Source: an uncultured virus (IMG/VR IMGVR_UViG_3300013103_000007) (Duplodnaviria > Heunggongvirae > Uroviricota > Caudoviricetes). From it: a DNA stretch of 20,000 nucleotides. How positions within the stretch are numbered: the first letter of the stretch is position 1; each line of letters opens with the position of its first letter. Shown here one piece after another: positions 7,640-16,528 of the stretch. The notes below the pieces were generated by a model, which saw nothing but the letters and a program-made list of their open reading frames with translations, was not told the DNA's origin and ran no database searches. A program made the position numbers and the translations under genes. Where the stretch lies: IMG/VR virus record IMGVR_UViG_3300013103_000007. One strand, written 5' to 3'.

Positions 7640-8185
7640 ATGTTATTAGAGAATGAAAATAATATCATGGTTGATATAGAAACAATGGATCTTTCAACAA
7701 ATGCAGCTATTGTTTCTATAGGTGCGGTTAGATTTTCAAAAGATGGAATTGTTGATACATTTCATCTTCCTGTATCATTAAAAAGTTCCATGAAAGTTGG
7801 GCTTAAAATTTCATCAGAAACTATTATGTGGTGGCTAAAACAAGATCAAAATACATCTGCATTTTTTGTTGACGCAAAGGACACCTTGCATGGAGTATTG
7901 AGGGAATTTAATTATTTTGTTAAAGAAGATTCACAAATATGGGGTAATGGATCTGATTTTGATAATGCCATTTTAACCAATGCGTATAAGAAATGTGGTA
8001 TTGAACCGAAATGGGAATATTATGATAATATGTGTTATCGAACAATTTCAAATTTGTTTAAACATTTAGGTGAGGATTATGTACACCCAACGATTCCTCA
8101 TAATGCATTGGAAGATGCAAGAAGCCAAGCTTTGTATTTAATTAAATTATGTAATCATATTAATGCGGGTATGCATAGTTTATAG
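7640..8185 (+). CDS. DEDDh 3'-5' exonuclease (RNase AS / phage exonuclease-like)
   Basis: IMVDIET (ExoI), WGNGSDFD (ExoII) and HNALEDA (ExoIII) motifs; AAGGAG Shine-Dalgarno. Confidence 0.9.
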   Translation: MLLENENNIMVDIETMDLSTNAAIVSIGAVRFSKDGIVDTFHLPVSLKSSMKVGLKISSETIMWWLKQDQNTSAFFVDAKDTLHGVLREFNYFVKEDSQIWGNGSDFDNAILTNAYKKCGIEPKWEYYDNMCYRTISNLFKHLGEDYVHPTIPHNALEDARSQALYLIKLCNHINAGMHSL

Positions 8186-8196
8186 GAGTCAGCAAT

Positions 8197-8424
8197 ATGG
8201 TGACTAATTATATAAAGAAAAATGAAGATGTTTATGTGTTTGATCTCGATGTTCATGGTAATAAAGTTCCACAAAAAGAAATATTTCGCGGGAGTATTTG
8301 TAGATATCCTGGGTGTAAAATACCGGTAGCAACTGGACATTATGTTTGTAAAATACATAAGCCGTGGTTTAAGACTATACGAAAACATGATACACATGAA
8401 TTAGAATATACAGTAAGACGTTAG
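8197..8424 (+). CDS. Small putative zinc-finger protein (Cx4C...CxxH)
   Basis: CRYPGC...YVCKIH; AGGAG upstream. Confidence 0.65.
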   Translation: MVTNYIKKNEDVYVFDLDVHGNKVPQKEIFRGSICRYPGCKIPVATGHYVCKIHKPWFKTIRKHDTHELEYTVRR

Positions 8425-8464
8425 GCCAAAATTCTTTTAACAATTAAAAACAAGGAGTTGGTGA

Positions 8465-10105
8465 ATGAATACATCATTATCAGCAGATGGTAAATTTGTA
8501 AACGATGAAAAATTATATCAAAATTTCTTAGTTATATTCCAAAATAATTTTGTTTGGCAAACACAACAATGTAAAAATCTGTTTAAAACAAAAAGCCAAA
8601 ATCTATTTGATATTTTTCTGAATAATTTACCTGTCGAAAGTGAAGAAGAAAAACAACATTTTAATTGTAATGCTTGTCGTTCATTTGTAAATAAATATTG
8701 TGGACTGGTTACAGTTGATGATAACGGCATTATAAATCCAGTTTTTTTAAATAGCTCTGGTATGTCTGAATATTATAAAACTGCTATTGATGAAATGTAT
8801 AATTATGTTAGAAAAAGTATTGTCAGCGGAGTTTTTTATACAAATAAAAAGGAATGGGGTCACCATATAACTGATGAATGGTCTCATATGGCAATTACAC
8901 CAGAGAGAAAATTTGTCTATAGAAGTTTGGTTAAAACACCTGGCCAATATTCAGCTGAAAAATTGCAAGATTATTTAATGTTAATTGCAGCAATTAAAAA
9001 ATATCCGGAAGATTCAATTGTTGAAGTAATAAAAGTTTTAACAACAAATCAGCTTATGCGTAGCGAAAAATTTATGACAAGCGCAAGTTGGTTTCTGGGT
9101 ATTCATAAGGTTATTGGTGACATGGGAAAACGTGAAACCAGTAATTATTTATGGAAAGTTGTAGCTGAAGCACCTGTTGGGTTTTGTCATATCAGTTCAT
9201 CTATGCTAGGGACATTATTGGATGGTATTAAAGAAGGTTTGTCATTTAGTCGAATTAAAGAATCATTCAATGAAAAAATGGATCCGACCCAATATCAACG
9301 GCCACAAACCCCCCCGTCAGTAGGTAATATTGACCAGGCTGAAAAAATTGTAGCTGATTTGGGGATTGAAAAATCTTTATTGCGTAAATATGCAAAAGCT
9401 GATGAAGTTATTGGTGCGTCATTTTGGGTGTCAACACGGTGCCCTGATTGTAATGAAAAGGGCCGTGAAGATGGTGTATTTTCAAAACTTAGGAAAAATA
9501 ATGTTGCATCTGTATCAAAAATAGATACACCGCCTATATCAATTTCATGGTATAAATTCGCCAAAACTATTTTACCAACTGCTCAGGAAATGAAATTTAT
9601 AATTCCAAATAGTGCACCATATTGTGGAATATTAACATGTTTGCATGATGATGCTCCACCTATTATATTGTGGGATAGTGATTCAGAAGAAAGGAATCCT
9701 TATTCATGGTATGTTTACCCACACCTAACTGATTCTTATTTATGGGGGTTGGCTCCTAATCAATCAGCTAAAGTAAAATCAATTTGTCACAAACCATCTC
9801 AATGGCAATCTGATAAATTTACAAAAATATTTGGTGATGGCGTAATTTTAATTTTAGATGGGTGCTGTGATAGTCGCTGGTTTGAAGTTGGGTCGTGTTT
9901 ATTTCCAGAAATATTAAGATCCGAGCTCAATCCAGTTAGAAAAACAATTAATGCATTTTCAGAAAAAACTAAAATAATTGGTGGGGATGGAGATGATTTA
10001 GCGTGTGGTGTCTTGTATCAAGATGATGTTAAACGAGCAATGACATTAGCTGTTAAAAGTTTAGATAATATTGAAAATAAATATTTGATTGATCGCTGGG
10101 ATTAA
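8465..10105 (+). CDS. Large uncharacterised phage-type protein (546 aa) with HxxCxxC motif
   Basis: Long ORF with AAGGAG Shine-Dalgarno; motifs QHFNCNACRSF, GFCH and DPTQYQRP. No function can be assigned by eye. Confidence 0.8.
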   Translation: MNTSLSADGKFVNDEKLYQNFLVIFQNNFVWQTQQCKNLFKTKSQNLFDIFLNNLPVESEEEKQHFNCNACRSFVNKYCGLVTVDDNGIINPVFLNSSGMSEYYKTAIDEMYNYVRKSIVSGVFYTNKKEWGHHITDEWSHMAITPERKFVYRSLVKTPGQYSAEKLQDYLMLIAAIKKYPEDSIVEVIKVLTTNQLMRSEKFMTSASWFLGIHKVIGDMGKRETSNYLWKVVAEAPVGFCHISSSMLGTLLDGIKEGLSFSRIKESFNEKMDPTQYQRPQTPPSVGNIDQAEKIVADLGIEKSLLRKYAKADEVIGASFWVSTRCPDCNEKGREDGVFSKLRKNNVASVSKIDTPPISISWYKFAKTILPTAQEMKFIIPNSAPYCGILTCLHDDAPPIILWDSDSEERNPYSWYVYPHLTDSYLWGLAPNQSAKVKSICHKPSQWQSDKFTKIFGDGVILILDGCCDSRWFEVGSCLFPEILRSELNPVRKTINAFSEKTKIIGGDGDDLACGVLYQDDVKRAMTLAVKSLDNIENKYLIDRWD

Positions 10106-10128
10106 CCAAATAAAATAGTTTAATTTTG

Positions 10129-10166
10129 CAAAAAAAATCCCCATTATATACTGGGGATTTTTTTTG
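10129..10166. terminator. Bidirectional intrinsic terminator
   Basis: Perfect 15-bp inverted repeat CAAAAAAAATCCCCA (10129-10143) / TGGGGATTTTTTTTG (10152-10166) with A8/T8 flanks. Confidence 0.9.
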
Positions 10167-10186
10167 TTAATTAACTTTATAATCTC

Positions 10187-10202
10187 GAACATAATATAAA
10201 GG
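10187..10202 (+). promoter_or_regulatory. Candidate late promoter motif GAACATAATATAAAGG (copy 1)
   Basis: Identical 16-mer at 16529-16544. Both copies are intergenic, 40-50 nt upstream of tail-type genes. Confidence 0.6.
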
Positions 10203-10244
10203 CAAGTTGTATATTTTAAAATATAATGTTGGGGGTTTTCAAAT

Positions 10245-10748
10245 ATGAAAATTTATGGTATTGATTTACATGGTGAAATAACAGTTAGCACTAATGGAAC
10301 GTATGATATTGGGGATGCAACACATCGGCTGGGGGATGTATACGGAACATCATTTGATGGTGTAGCAACCTCATCTCAATATGCTGATCTTGCGGAACGA
10401 TATACTATTAATGGTGATTACGAAAAAGGTGATGTTATTTTATTTGATCACGCAAGTACTGGCAAAGATGGTATTAAATCATATGAAACCGCTTCAAATA
10501 AAATTCTTGGAGTTGTTAGTTCTAATCCAGGATTTTTAATGGATAGCAAATTAGATGGTGGTGTGCCTATTGCTCTTACTGGAAAAGTTCCTTGTAAGGT
10601 TTTTGGAATTGTTAGGAGAGGTGATCGACTTATTAGTTCACAAGATGGCGGGGCAATTGTTGCACCCGATTCAAATGGTCAAACAGTTGGTCGTAGTTTG
10701 CAAAACAGCGAAATTATAGATGCGAAAATAATTTTAATAAAAATTTAA
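10245..10748 (+). CDS. Tail-associated protein with peptidase G2 / intramolecular-chaperone (IMC)-like autoproteolytic domain
   Basis: YADLAERY, GVVSSNPGFLM and IALTGKVPCKVFG..RRGDRLISS..VGRSL signature, usually found at phage tail-fibre C-termini. Confidence 0.75.
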   Translation: MKIYGIDLHGEITVSTNGTYDIGDATHRLGDVYGTSFDGVATSSQYADLAERYTINGDYEKGDVILFDHASTGKDGIKSYETASNKILGVVSSNPGFLMDSKLDGGVPIALTGKVPCKVFGIVRRGDRLISSQDGGAIVAPDSNGQTVGRSLQNSEIIDAKIILIKI

Positions 10749-10766
10749 CGAAAAAGGAACTCCGTA

Positions 10767-11351
10767 ATGGATATTAGATTATTGCCATATATTGCGGCAG
10801 AAAAAACAATCATATCAGGTTTGAATGAAGCATATGTTGAAAAGCTAAATAAGAAAATCAATATTTGCAAAAACAATAGTTTGATGTTAGCTAGATATAT
10901 TTTGGAAGATGAAAATATATCTGAGGTTGATGAAAAAGTAATAAAAGAAATTGAAGCTACACCAGCATATGATAGTGTTATGAAAAATCTTCAAGCTTTG
11001 AATGAAGGAAATATTTTAAGATGGTTGGGTGCTTTAACTGTGTTTCCTGTATGGGAAGCATGGCGGGTAATTACATCACAGATAGATCGGGCCGTATTTA
11101 AATGTGGAACACTTCGCATTTCCAACCAGAGACAACTTTGTATAAATCATTTCCATCTGGAAGGCGCAAAAAAAGCTCTTGACTTATTGAATAAAGAAGT
11201 TAAAAAAGTAGCTAAAGATGATGTAAAACAAACAAATGCTATAATTAATACCATTAAAAAACTTGAAGCCAAAAAAACCAATTTGGAAGAAAAGAAAAGA
11301 AAGATGGAAAATAAGTATGGTGAAAAATATAATGGTTCACACGGCATGTAA
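10767..11351 (+). CDS. Hypothetical protein with Lys/Glu-rich C-terminal coiled coil; possible virion protein
   Basis: 194-aa ORF with AAGGA upstream, an acidic N-terminal part with two LNE sites and a basic helical C-terminus. Confidence 0.75.
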   Translation: MDIRLLPYIAAEKTIISGLNEAYVEKLNKKINICKNNSLMLARYILEDENISEVDEKVIKEIEATPAYDSVMKNLQALNEGNILRWLGALTVFPVWEAWRVITSQIDRAVFKCGTLRISNQRQLCINHFHLEGAKKALDLLNKEVKKVAKDDVKQTNAIINTIKKLEAKKTNLEEKKRKMENKYGEKYNGSHGM

Positions 11352-11396
11352 ATTTGTTAAAACATTTTAAAATAATATACGAATTTCGGAGAATAC

Positions 11397-12458
11397 ATGA
11401 AAAAAATCCTCCTGTTTGATTCAGGTCAAGCATTTACTTTAAACTCTCTGAGCCATCAACCTATTGGTGGTTCAGAGAGTTCTATTCTTTTATTGGCTAA
11501 AGGTTTAACCCAATTAGGCAATTCCGTTGTACTCCTTAATAATTCAAATATCGGCGTGGAAATATCAGGTCGACTTCAAATTGACCACATTTCAAATTTT
11601 GATGCATATGCAAATGTATGTGATATTATATTGTTTAATCGAATACCTGCTTCAACATTTCGCAATTATGTTGGCCATAAAAAAATGTATATATGGTGCC
11701 ATGATGCATACGACCAGAATAATTGCAAATGGATGATAAATGCGGATCCGACTAAGTTATTTGAAAAAGTATTTTTTGTTTCTGAATGGCAGAGGGGTAC
11801 ATGCCATCGTTATTTAAACTTCAATATTTCAGCATCTGAAATTCTTCCTAATTGTTTAGATCCACATATGGATTTCTCACCCAGTCTTGAAAAATCTATG
11901 AATAGACTTATTTTTACAAGTGTTCCCTATAAAGGAATCGATGTATTAAAAGATATTTTTGATTCGTTATGTATTAAAACAAAAAGAGATGATCTCGAAT
12001 TTTATATTTACTCATCCTTGGGGCTGTATAATCAAAAAGAAAGCGATTCTCAATATGAAAAAGTATTTCATTCTTTAATAAATACATCTGGTATTCACGT
12101 GAAAGAAAGCGTACCAATGCTGGAAATTAACAAACAATATATATTATCCAATTTATTAATCCACCCTGGATTATATCATGAAACATTTGGGCGTGTGTTT
12201 ATAGATGGGATGATGTGTGGTTGTTTACCTGTTACAGTTAATAATGGTGCGTCAAAAGAAGTTATAAAAAACAATGGCTACATTTTAGATCAGCCTAATG
12301 TATTCCACGAAGGAACATTTAATAAATTTGTAGATCTAATTATTCATGCATTAAATGATCCACATCTTGAAACAAAACGAAAATCAGCAAAAGCATATTC
12401 ATTAACATATGATTATGTTAGAGTCGCGAAGAAATTTTTGGATCTTATTGAAATTTAA
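11397..12458 (+). CDS. Glycosyltransferase family 4-like (GT-B)
   Basis: N-terminal IGGSESSILLLAKGL..GNSV, WCHD, FVSEWQ, and C-terminal ETFGRVFIDGMMCG motif; GGAG Shine-Dalgarno. Confidence 0.88.
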   Translation: MKKILLFDSGQAFTLNSLSHQPIGGSESSILLLAKGLTQLGNSVVLLNNSNIGVEISGRLQIDHISNFDAYANVCDIILFNRIPASTFRNYVGHKKMYIWCHDAYDQNNCKWMINADPTKLFEKVFFVSEWQRGTCHRYLNFNISASEILPNCLDPHMDFSPSLEKSMNRLIFTSVPYKGIDVLKDIFDSLCIKTKRDDLEFYIYSSLGLYNQKESDSQYEKVFHSLINTSGIHVKESVPMLEINKQYILSNLLIHPGLYHETFGRVFIDGMMCGCLPVTVNNGASKEVIKNNGYILDQPNVFHEGTFNKFVDLIIHALNDPHLETKRKSAKAYSLTYDYVRVAKKFLDLIEI

Positions 12459-12472
12459 AAGGAGCTTAAAAA

Positions 12473-12751
12473 ATGACGAATGAAATTACAAAACACTGGG
12501 ATGGGGCTAATCTCACTGAAGAAACTAAAAAAGTTGTAGACGATATTAATGAATTATTGAAAACTATTCGTGATTCACATATCGCGGTTGGTGCAGATGA
12601 AAATGGTGATATTTCATCCACTTTTATATATGGCGATGGAGGTGCAACATTTATTGAAGGGCCAGCGAAAAAATCTTTGATTAATTTGAAGTATTTTAAG
12701 ATGGGGCTAGAATTTGCAACAGGTAATTTGACTGAAATTATTTCTGAATAA
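12473..12751 (+). CDS. Hypothetical protein (92 aa)
   Basis: AAGGAG Shine-Dalgarno; collinear with the operon. Confidence 0.75.
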   Translation: MTNEITKHWDGANLTEETKKVVDDINELLKTIRDSHIAVGADENGDISSTFIYGDGGATFIEGPAKKSLINLKYFKMGLEFATGNLTEIISE

Positions 12752-12764
12752 TAATGGAGCTTTA

Positions 12765-14396
12765 ATGAAAATTCTTCTACCACTTTTAAAAACAATTGAA
12801 ATTGAATTAAGATCATCAAGAGGTCAGCTTGAATCGAAAACAATATGGGAAGAACTATCAAATCTTTCTGATTGGGAGAATCGTATTGTAAACGATTTTA
12901 TATTGCGCGTAAGAATGTCAATTGAATCAGGAAGTATGAATTTTGTTTGGAGACATTTTGAAAAACAAATCGCAGATTCTACCATTCAAACAACCAGGCC
13001 AGGCTATGATATTTGTATTGCATCTCTTCGTCGGAGTAAGGATGACATTCCTTTAACAGACGCACGAAATCGCCTGTATATTCCAAATAATATGACTGTT
13101 GATATAATGGATATATTTGGTTTGGAAGTGGTTCAAGCGCGCAATGTGGCGGTCATTGAAGCTTTGAAAAGAGGAGCTAAGAAATTATTATTTATTGATG
13201 ATGATATATTAGTTCCTATAAATGCATTGAGCAAATTATTACATTTGATGGAATCAACTAAATCAAAAGTTGTCGCTGGAGATTATCTTAAAAAGATTGA
13301 GCCGCATGATACAGCTCATAAATTTAAATGCCCATGTCCGGTTGAAGGATTTGAAGAAGATATACATCTTTGCGATTTGTGTGCAATGGGATTTTGTTTA
13401 ATTGATTTAGATTTTGTAGCAGGAAATGTGCCCCTCCCCCTATTCTGGGCATTTGGTGATCCGCTAGATCCTAGATATTGGTTGATGGGCGAGGATGCAT
13501 TTTTTACAAAAAATCTATTGGAGTATACTGGTGAGGTTCCATTAGCAATTGATTTAAAAATTATCCATTGTGATAAGATAAATAAAAAAATATTTGGTGG
13601 CGATACAAAAAATGTAAAATATGCATCCAGCCAATTTGCGACATCCGAACAATTTGATGCATTGCGTACACCTCAAATATCTCCTAAAATTTTAATTGGT
13701 GTACCCACCCGCAAAGAGAATGACCCAATCGTTTCTAATATTCAAAAACTACCTATTCCTAGAGGGTATACTGCAGAACTTTATCAAGTTTGGGGGATGC
13801 AGGTCGATGAAGCTAGAACTGCTATTGTCAAAGAAGCAATAAAAAGAGATTGTCATTATGTATTATTTATTGATGATGATGTTGTATTACCCACGGATGC
13901 CATCTATAAGATGGTTGAACATATTGAAAAGGATGGGATAGATATTATATCTGGCGAATATACATTAAAGGGTATTCCAACACATTCAATCCATCTACAA
14001 ATAAATGATAAAAAAATGGTGGATCATATTGGAAATGTTACTCCGAAAGAGATAAGTTTATTTGAAAATAATTGGCTTGTTGGTTTGGGATGTGCTTTAA
14101 TTGATATACGATTCTTTAAGCAAGCAAGAGAGCCTTGGTTTGTATGCCATAATAAAAACAAAGATGGGGTCATGATAAGCGAAGATGCTCATATGTCTGA
14201 GCTTGCAATTCTAAATGGTTTTCATATCTGGATTGATAGGGATATAAAATGTTTGCATGTTGATTTAGAAAATCATATAATTTACACACCGTTGGAAAGT
14301 GAGTTAGGAATTGATATTAATTCCTATTCATTTAACCCTTCGATTTTTTCACCTGGTAATAAATTCACATTTAAATGCGTTGATAAGGAGAAATAA
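12765..14396 (+). CDS. Tandem double GT-A (GT2-like) glycosyltransferase
   Basis: Two homologous units: ARN..A..G..LLFIDDD...MGFCLID...GEDAFF...H and ART..A....VLFIDDD...LGCALID...SEDAHM...H. Confidence 0.85.
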   Translation: MKILLPLLKTIEIELRSSRGQLESKTIWEELSNLSDWENRIVNDFILRVRMSIESGSMNFVWRHFEKQIADSTIQTTRPGYDICIASLRRSKDDIPLTDARNRLYIPNNMTVDIMDIFGLEVVQARNVAVIEALKRGAKKLLFIDDDILVPINALSKLLHLMESTKSKVVAGDYLKKIEPHDTAHKFKCPCPVEGFEEDIHLCDLCAMGFCLIDLDFVAGNVPLPLFWAFGDPLDPRYWLMGEDAFFTKNLLEYTGEVPLAIDLKIIHCDKINKKIFGGDTKNVKYASSQFATSEQFDALRTPQISPKILIGVPTRKENDPIVSNIQKLPIPRGYTAELYQVWGMQVDEARTAIVKEAIKRDCHYVLFIDDDVVLPTDAIYKMVEHIEKDGIDIISGEYTLKGIPTHSIHLQINDKKMVDHIGNVTPKEISLFENNWLVGLGCALIDIRFFKQAREPWFVCHNKNKDGVMISEDAHMSELAILNGFHIWIDRDIKCLHVDLENHIIYTPLESELGIDINSYSFNPSIFSPGNKFTFKCVDKEK

Positions 14397-14660
14397 ATGG
14401 CTTCAATAAGTTATGATTTTATGGAAAAAATAAAAACCACATTAAATCCTGATGAACTCAATGTTGCATATTTTGATGATTATCGTCCATTGCCATTTGT
14501 TGTTGAACTAATTTGGTTTGATAAAATTAATTATAATGATGAAGTAATTAATTTGAACGATAGATTTACAATGCATTTTGGAATATATGACAATTTTACA
14601 GACCTACAATTGACACGGTTAATTGTAGATGTAGAAGGTCATTTCAATGAGCTCAGATAA
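14397..14660 (+). CDS. Hypothetical protein (87 aa)
   Basis: AAGGAG Shine-Dalgarno; ATG directly after the upstream stop. Confidence 0.7.
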   Translation: MASISYDFMEKIKTTLNPDELNVAYFDDYRPLPFVVELIWFDKINYNDEVINLNDRFTMHFGIYDNFTDLQLTRLIVDVEGHFNELR

Positions 14661-14925
14661 AAGGGGTGTGCTACAAGTTAGCAAGGATAAAATTGTTTTA
14701 ACTCCAGAAATGTATACTTTGCTTTTATCAAGCAAAGAATATGTATCATACATTGTACATAACCAAGACGGTGAAGTATTTTTAAACTTTAAGAATATTC
14801 CAAAAGATGTATATATGCCAATTAATAATGATTATATAATGGCATTGGCTTTTATTAATATTGTTAATAAATGTGAACTAGCAGATTTAATTCAAATTGT
14901 CAAAAAGGATTCTAATAATGTTTAG
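14647..14925 (+). CDS. Hypothetical protein (92 aa)
   Basis: Short overlaps with both neighbours, phage-like packing. Confidence 0.65.
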   Translation: MSSDKRGVLQVSKDKIVLTPEMYTLLLSSKEYVSYIVHNQDGEVFLNFKNIPKDVYMPINNDYIMALAFINIVNKCELADLIQIVKKDSNNV

Positions 14926-15142
14926 ATGTATAACCCCGATTGATGAAATGGTTGCTATATTCCCGGAAGCTGAAAATTTTATTATTGATAATCCAGTTAC
15001 TTTTCAGCGCGAACTTTATGACTCCAAACAAAAAACAGTTGCAATAGCTTTATCATCCCAACTAATTTGTGAGCACACATCCCCAGGTAAACCTTTTGGT
15101 TTTTATAAACATTCCTTTGCCGAAGAAAATGAAAATGACTAA
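14918..15142 (+). CDS. Hypothetical protein (74 aa)
   Basis: ATG 14918 (MFRCITP...) with AAGGA upstream and an 8-nt overlap. Confidence 0.6.
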   Translation: MFRCITPIDEMVAIFPEAENFIIDNPVTFQRELYDSKQKTVAIALSSQLICEHTSPGKPFGFYKHSFAEENEND

Positions 15143-15353
15143 TGTAATTTTTAAAGATGACAAATTAGAAAACTATGATGAATTAATGGATGAGCTAATA
15201 ACTAAAGGCCAATTAACTGGCAAAAAAGCTTTGGCTATAATGGCTGAAGAATTTGCTTCAAAAACAGATGGGATATATTATGCAGAAACTTTTTTTAATC
15301 GAATTGGTGTAGAAGCAGTTTTTGATATTACAATTACTTTGAAGGAAAAATAA
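15135..15353 (+). CDS. Hypothetical protein (~72 aa)
   Basis: ATG 15135 (or 15129) overlaps the upstream stop; the ORF ends 2 nt before the next ATG. Confidence 0.65.
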   Translation: MTNVIFKDDKLENYDELMDELITKGQLTGKKALAIMAEEFASKTDGIYYAETFFNRIGVEAVFDITITLKEK

Positions 15354-15355
15354 AA

Positions 15356-16264
15356 ATGTCACAAAATAATACAAGCGAATTAGCAGTTCATGTAAATAAC
15401 TCAATCGAAGAAACATTTAGCGGAATTATAAATTCTGAAAAATACCCGATTTCAATAAAAGAATCTTTTAAATCAACAATGAATATTTTGCAAAATGAAA
15501 TATCATTAACAGACTTATATCCAGATGAATTGGCTGAAACAAATGTATCAACCTCACAATTTCAAGATACCTGTGTTCAAATGGCTCAACATTTTACACC
15601 GCAGCGTAAAGTTAAGCAATGTTTATTGGAGTTGCAGGGTAAATTGGATGCCTTATTTTCTGCAAAAACAGGTCATAAAAAATCAATATTAAAATGCGAA
15701 AAATTAAAGATTCAAATTGATATATTGAAGCAAGAAGCTGAAGATATGATAACTTCGGCAGATTCAAAAAATGAAATATTATTAAAACGTATTGCTATTC
15801 TCGAAAAAGAAACCAAATTGGAGGAAGCCAATCGTGGTATGCAATCATCTAGTCATATGATAAAAGATGCTGCATTAAAGGTAACACAATTGCGTTCATT
15901 GATTGAAAGATATAAAGAAGAAATTGTTGAATCTGGTTTATCGTTTGAAGAAAGTGAAGCTATTTATTACGTAATGTATTTTACGTCAGATGCAGAAAGA
16001 CAGATACGTACCAGCGGTAGGGTTGACACAGGCACATTTGGGGCTATATCTCAACTGCCCGAACCATTGCGCCTAAAAGTATTATCAAATATTTCATTTA
16101 TAAAAGAAAAAGTTGAAACAGGATATCCGATTACAAAGGATTATCTACATATTGTTTATAGAGATATAATGTTGCCGAAAAAGACTGGTGATAATGAATT
16201 TGAAGGCGTGAATGTAAATGAATTTATTGGCATGGATACAATTAAAATTCTAGCATTGGGTTAA
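15356..16264 (+). CDS. Hypothetical coiled-coil protein (302 aa)
   Basis: Long ORF with AAGGA upstream, a central heptad-like K/E/L/I-rich segment and a TPQRKVKQCLLEL motif. Confidence 0.8.
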   Translation: MSQNNTSELAVHVNNSIEETFSGIINSEKYPISIKESFKSTMNILQNEISLTDLYPDELAETNVSTSQFQDTCVQMAQHFTPQRKVKQCLLELQGKLDALFSAKTGHKKSILKCEKLKIQIDILKQEAEDMITSADSKNEILLKRIAILEKETKLEEANRGMQSSSHMIKDAALKVTQLRSLIERYKEEIVESGLSFEESEAIYYVMYFTSDAERQIRTSGRVDTGTFGAISQLPEPLRLKVLSNISFIKEKVETGYPITKDYLHIVYRDIMLPKKTGDNEFEGVNVNEFIGMDTIKILALG

Positions 16265-16389
16265 AAAATAATTTTATGATGGGTCAAAGATTTAATTATC
16301 CTTGACCCATCGAATATGCCCGTGTATTCCCTCATATATTTGAAATAATCTTTTAATGTATCTTCATCTAGAAGTGAATCATCACTCAT
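16261..16389 (-). CDS. Possible small minus-strand protein (42 aa, MSDDSLLDEDTLKDYFKYMREYTGIF...)
   Basis: Coding-like frame in the 16265-16592 gap, AAGGA about 10 nt upstream, and a candidate promoter at 16501-16483. It runs through the hairpin, so it is uncertain. Confidence 0.35.
   Translation of the reverse strand: MSDDSLLDEDTLKDYFKYMREYTGIFDGSRIIKSLTHHKIIF
16278..16311. terminator. Stem-loop after the 302-aa gene; possible terminator or processing site
   Basis: GATGGGTCAA (16278-16287) / TTGACCCATC (16302-16311) plus a 3-bp extension. No U-tract on the + strand. Confidence 0.55.
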
Positions 16390-16482
16390 TCTCTTCAATT
16401 CCTTTAAAGATAATTTTGTTAAAAATCGTGTTTCATTCTTTGCTCCTTTGGTTTGTAATTAAAAGAATATTTTTTCACTTAT

Positions 16483-16501
16483 TAATATATAATGATAAAT
16501 T
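16483..16501 (-). promoter_or_regulatory. Second copy of AATTTA-N4-TATATATTA motif
   Basis: The reverse complement reads AATTTATCATTATATATTA, against AATTTAACTATATATATTA at 6383-6401. Confidence 0.4.
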
Positions 16502-16528
16502 TAGATGTATAATAAATCCATTAACACA

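Noticed and set aside
1749..12861. Other minus-strand ORFs in the track (1749, 2745, 3161, 7168, 7371, 8155, 8518, 8747, 9295, 11147, 12466) and + strand 11527-11736
   Set aside because: They overlap well-supported + strand genes, with no motifs or convincing ribosome-binding sites.
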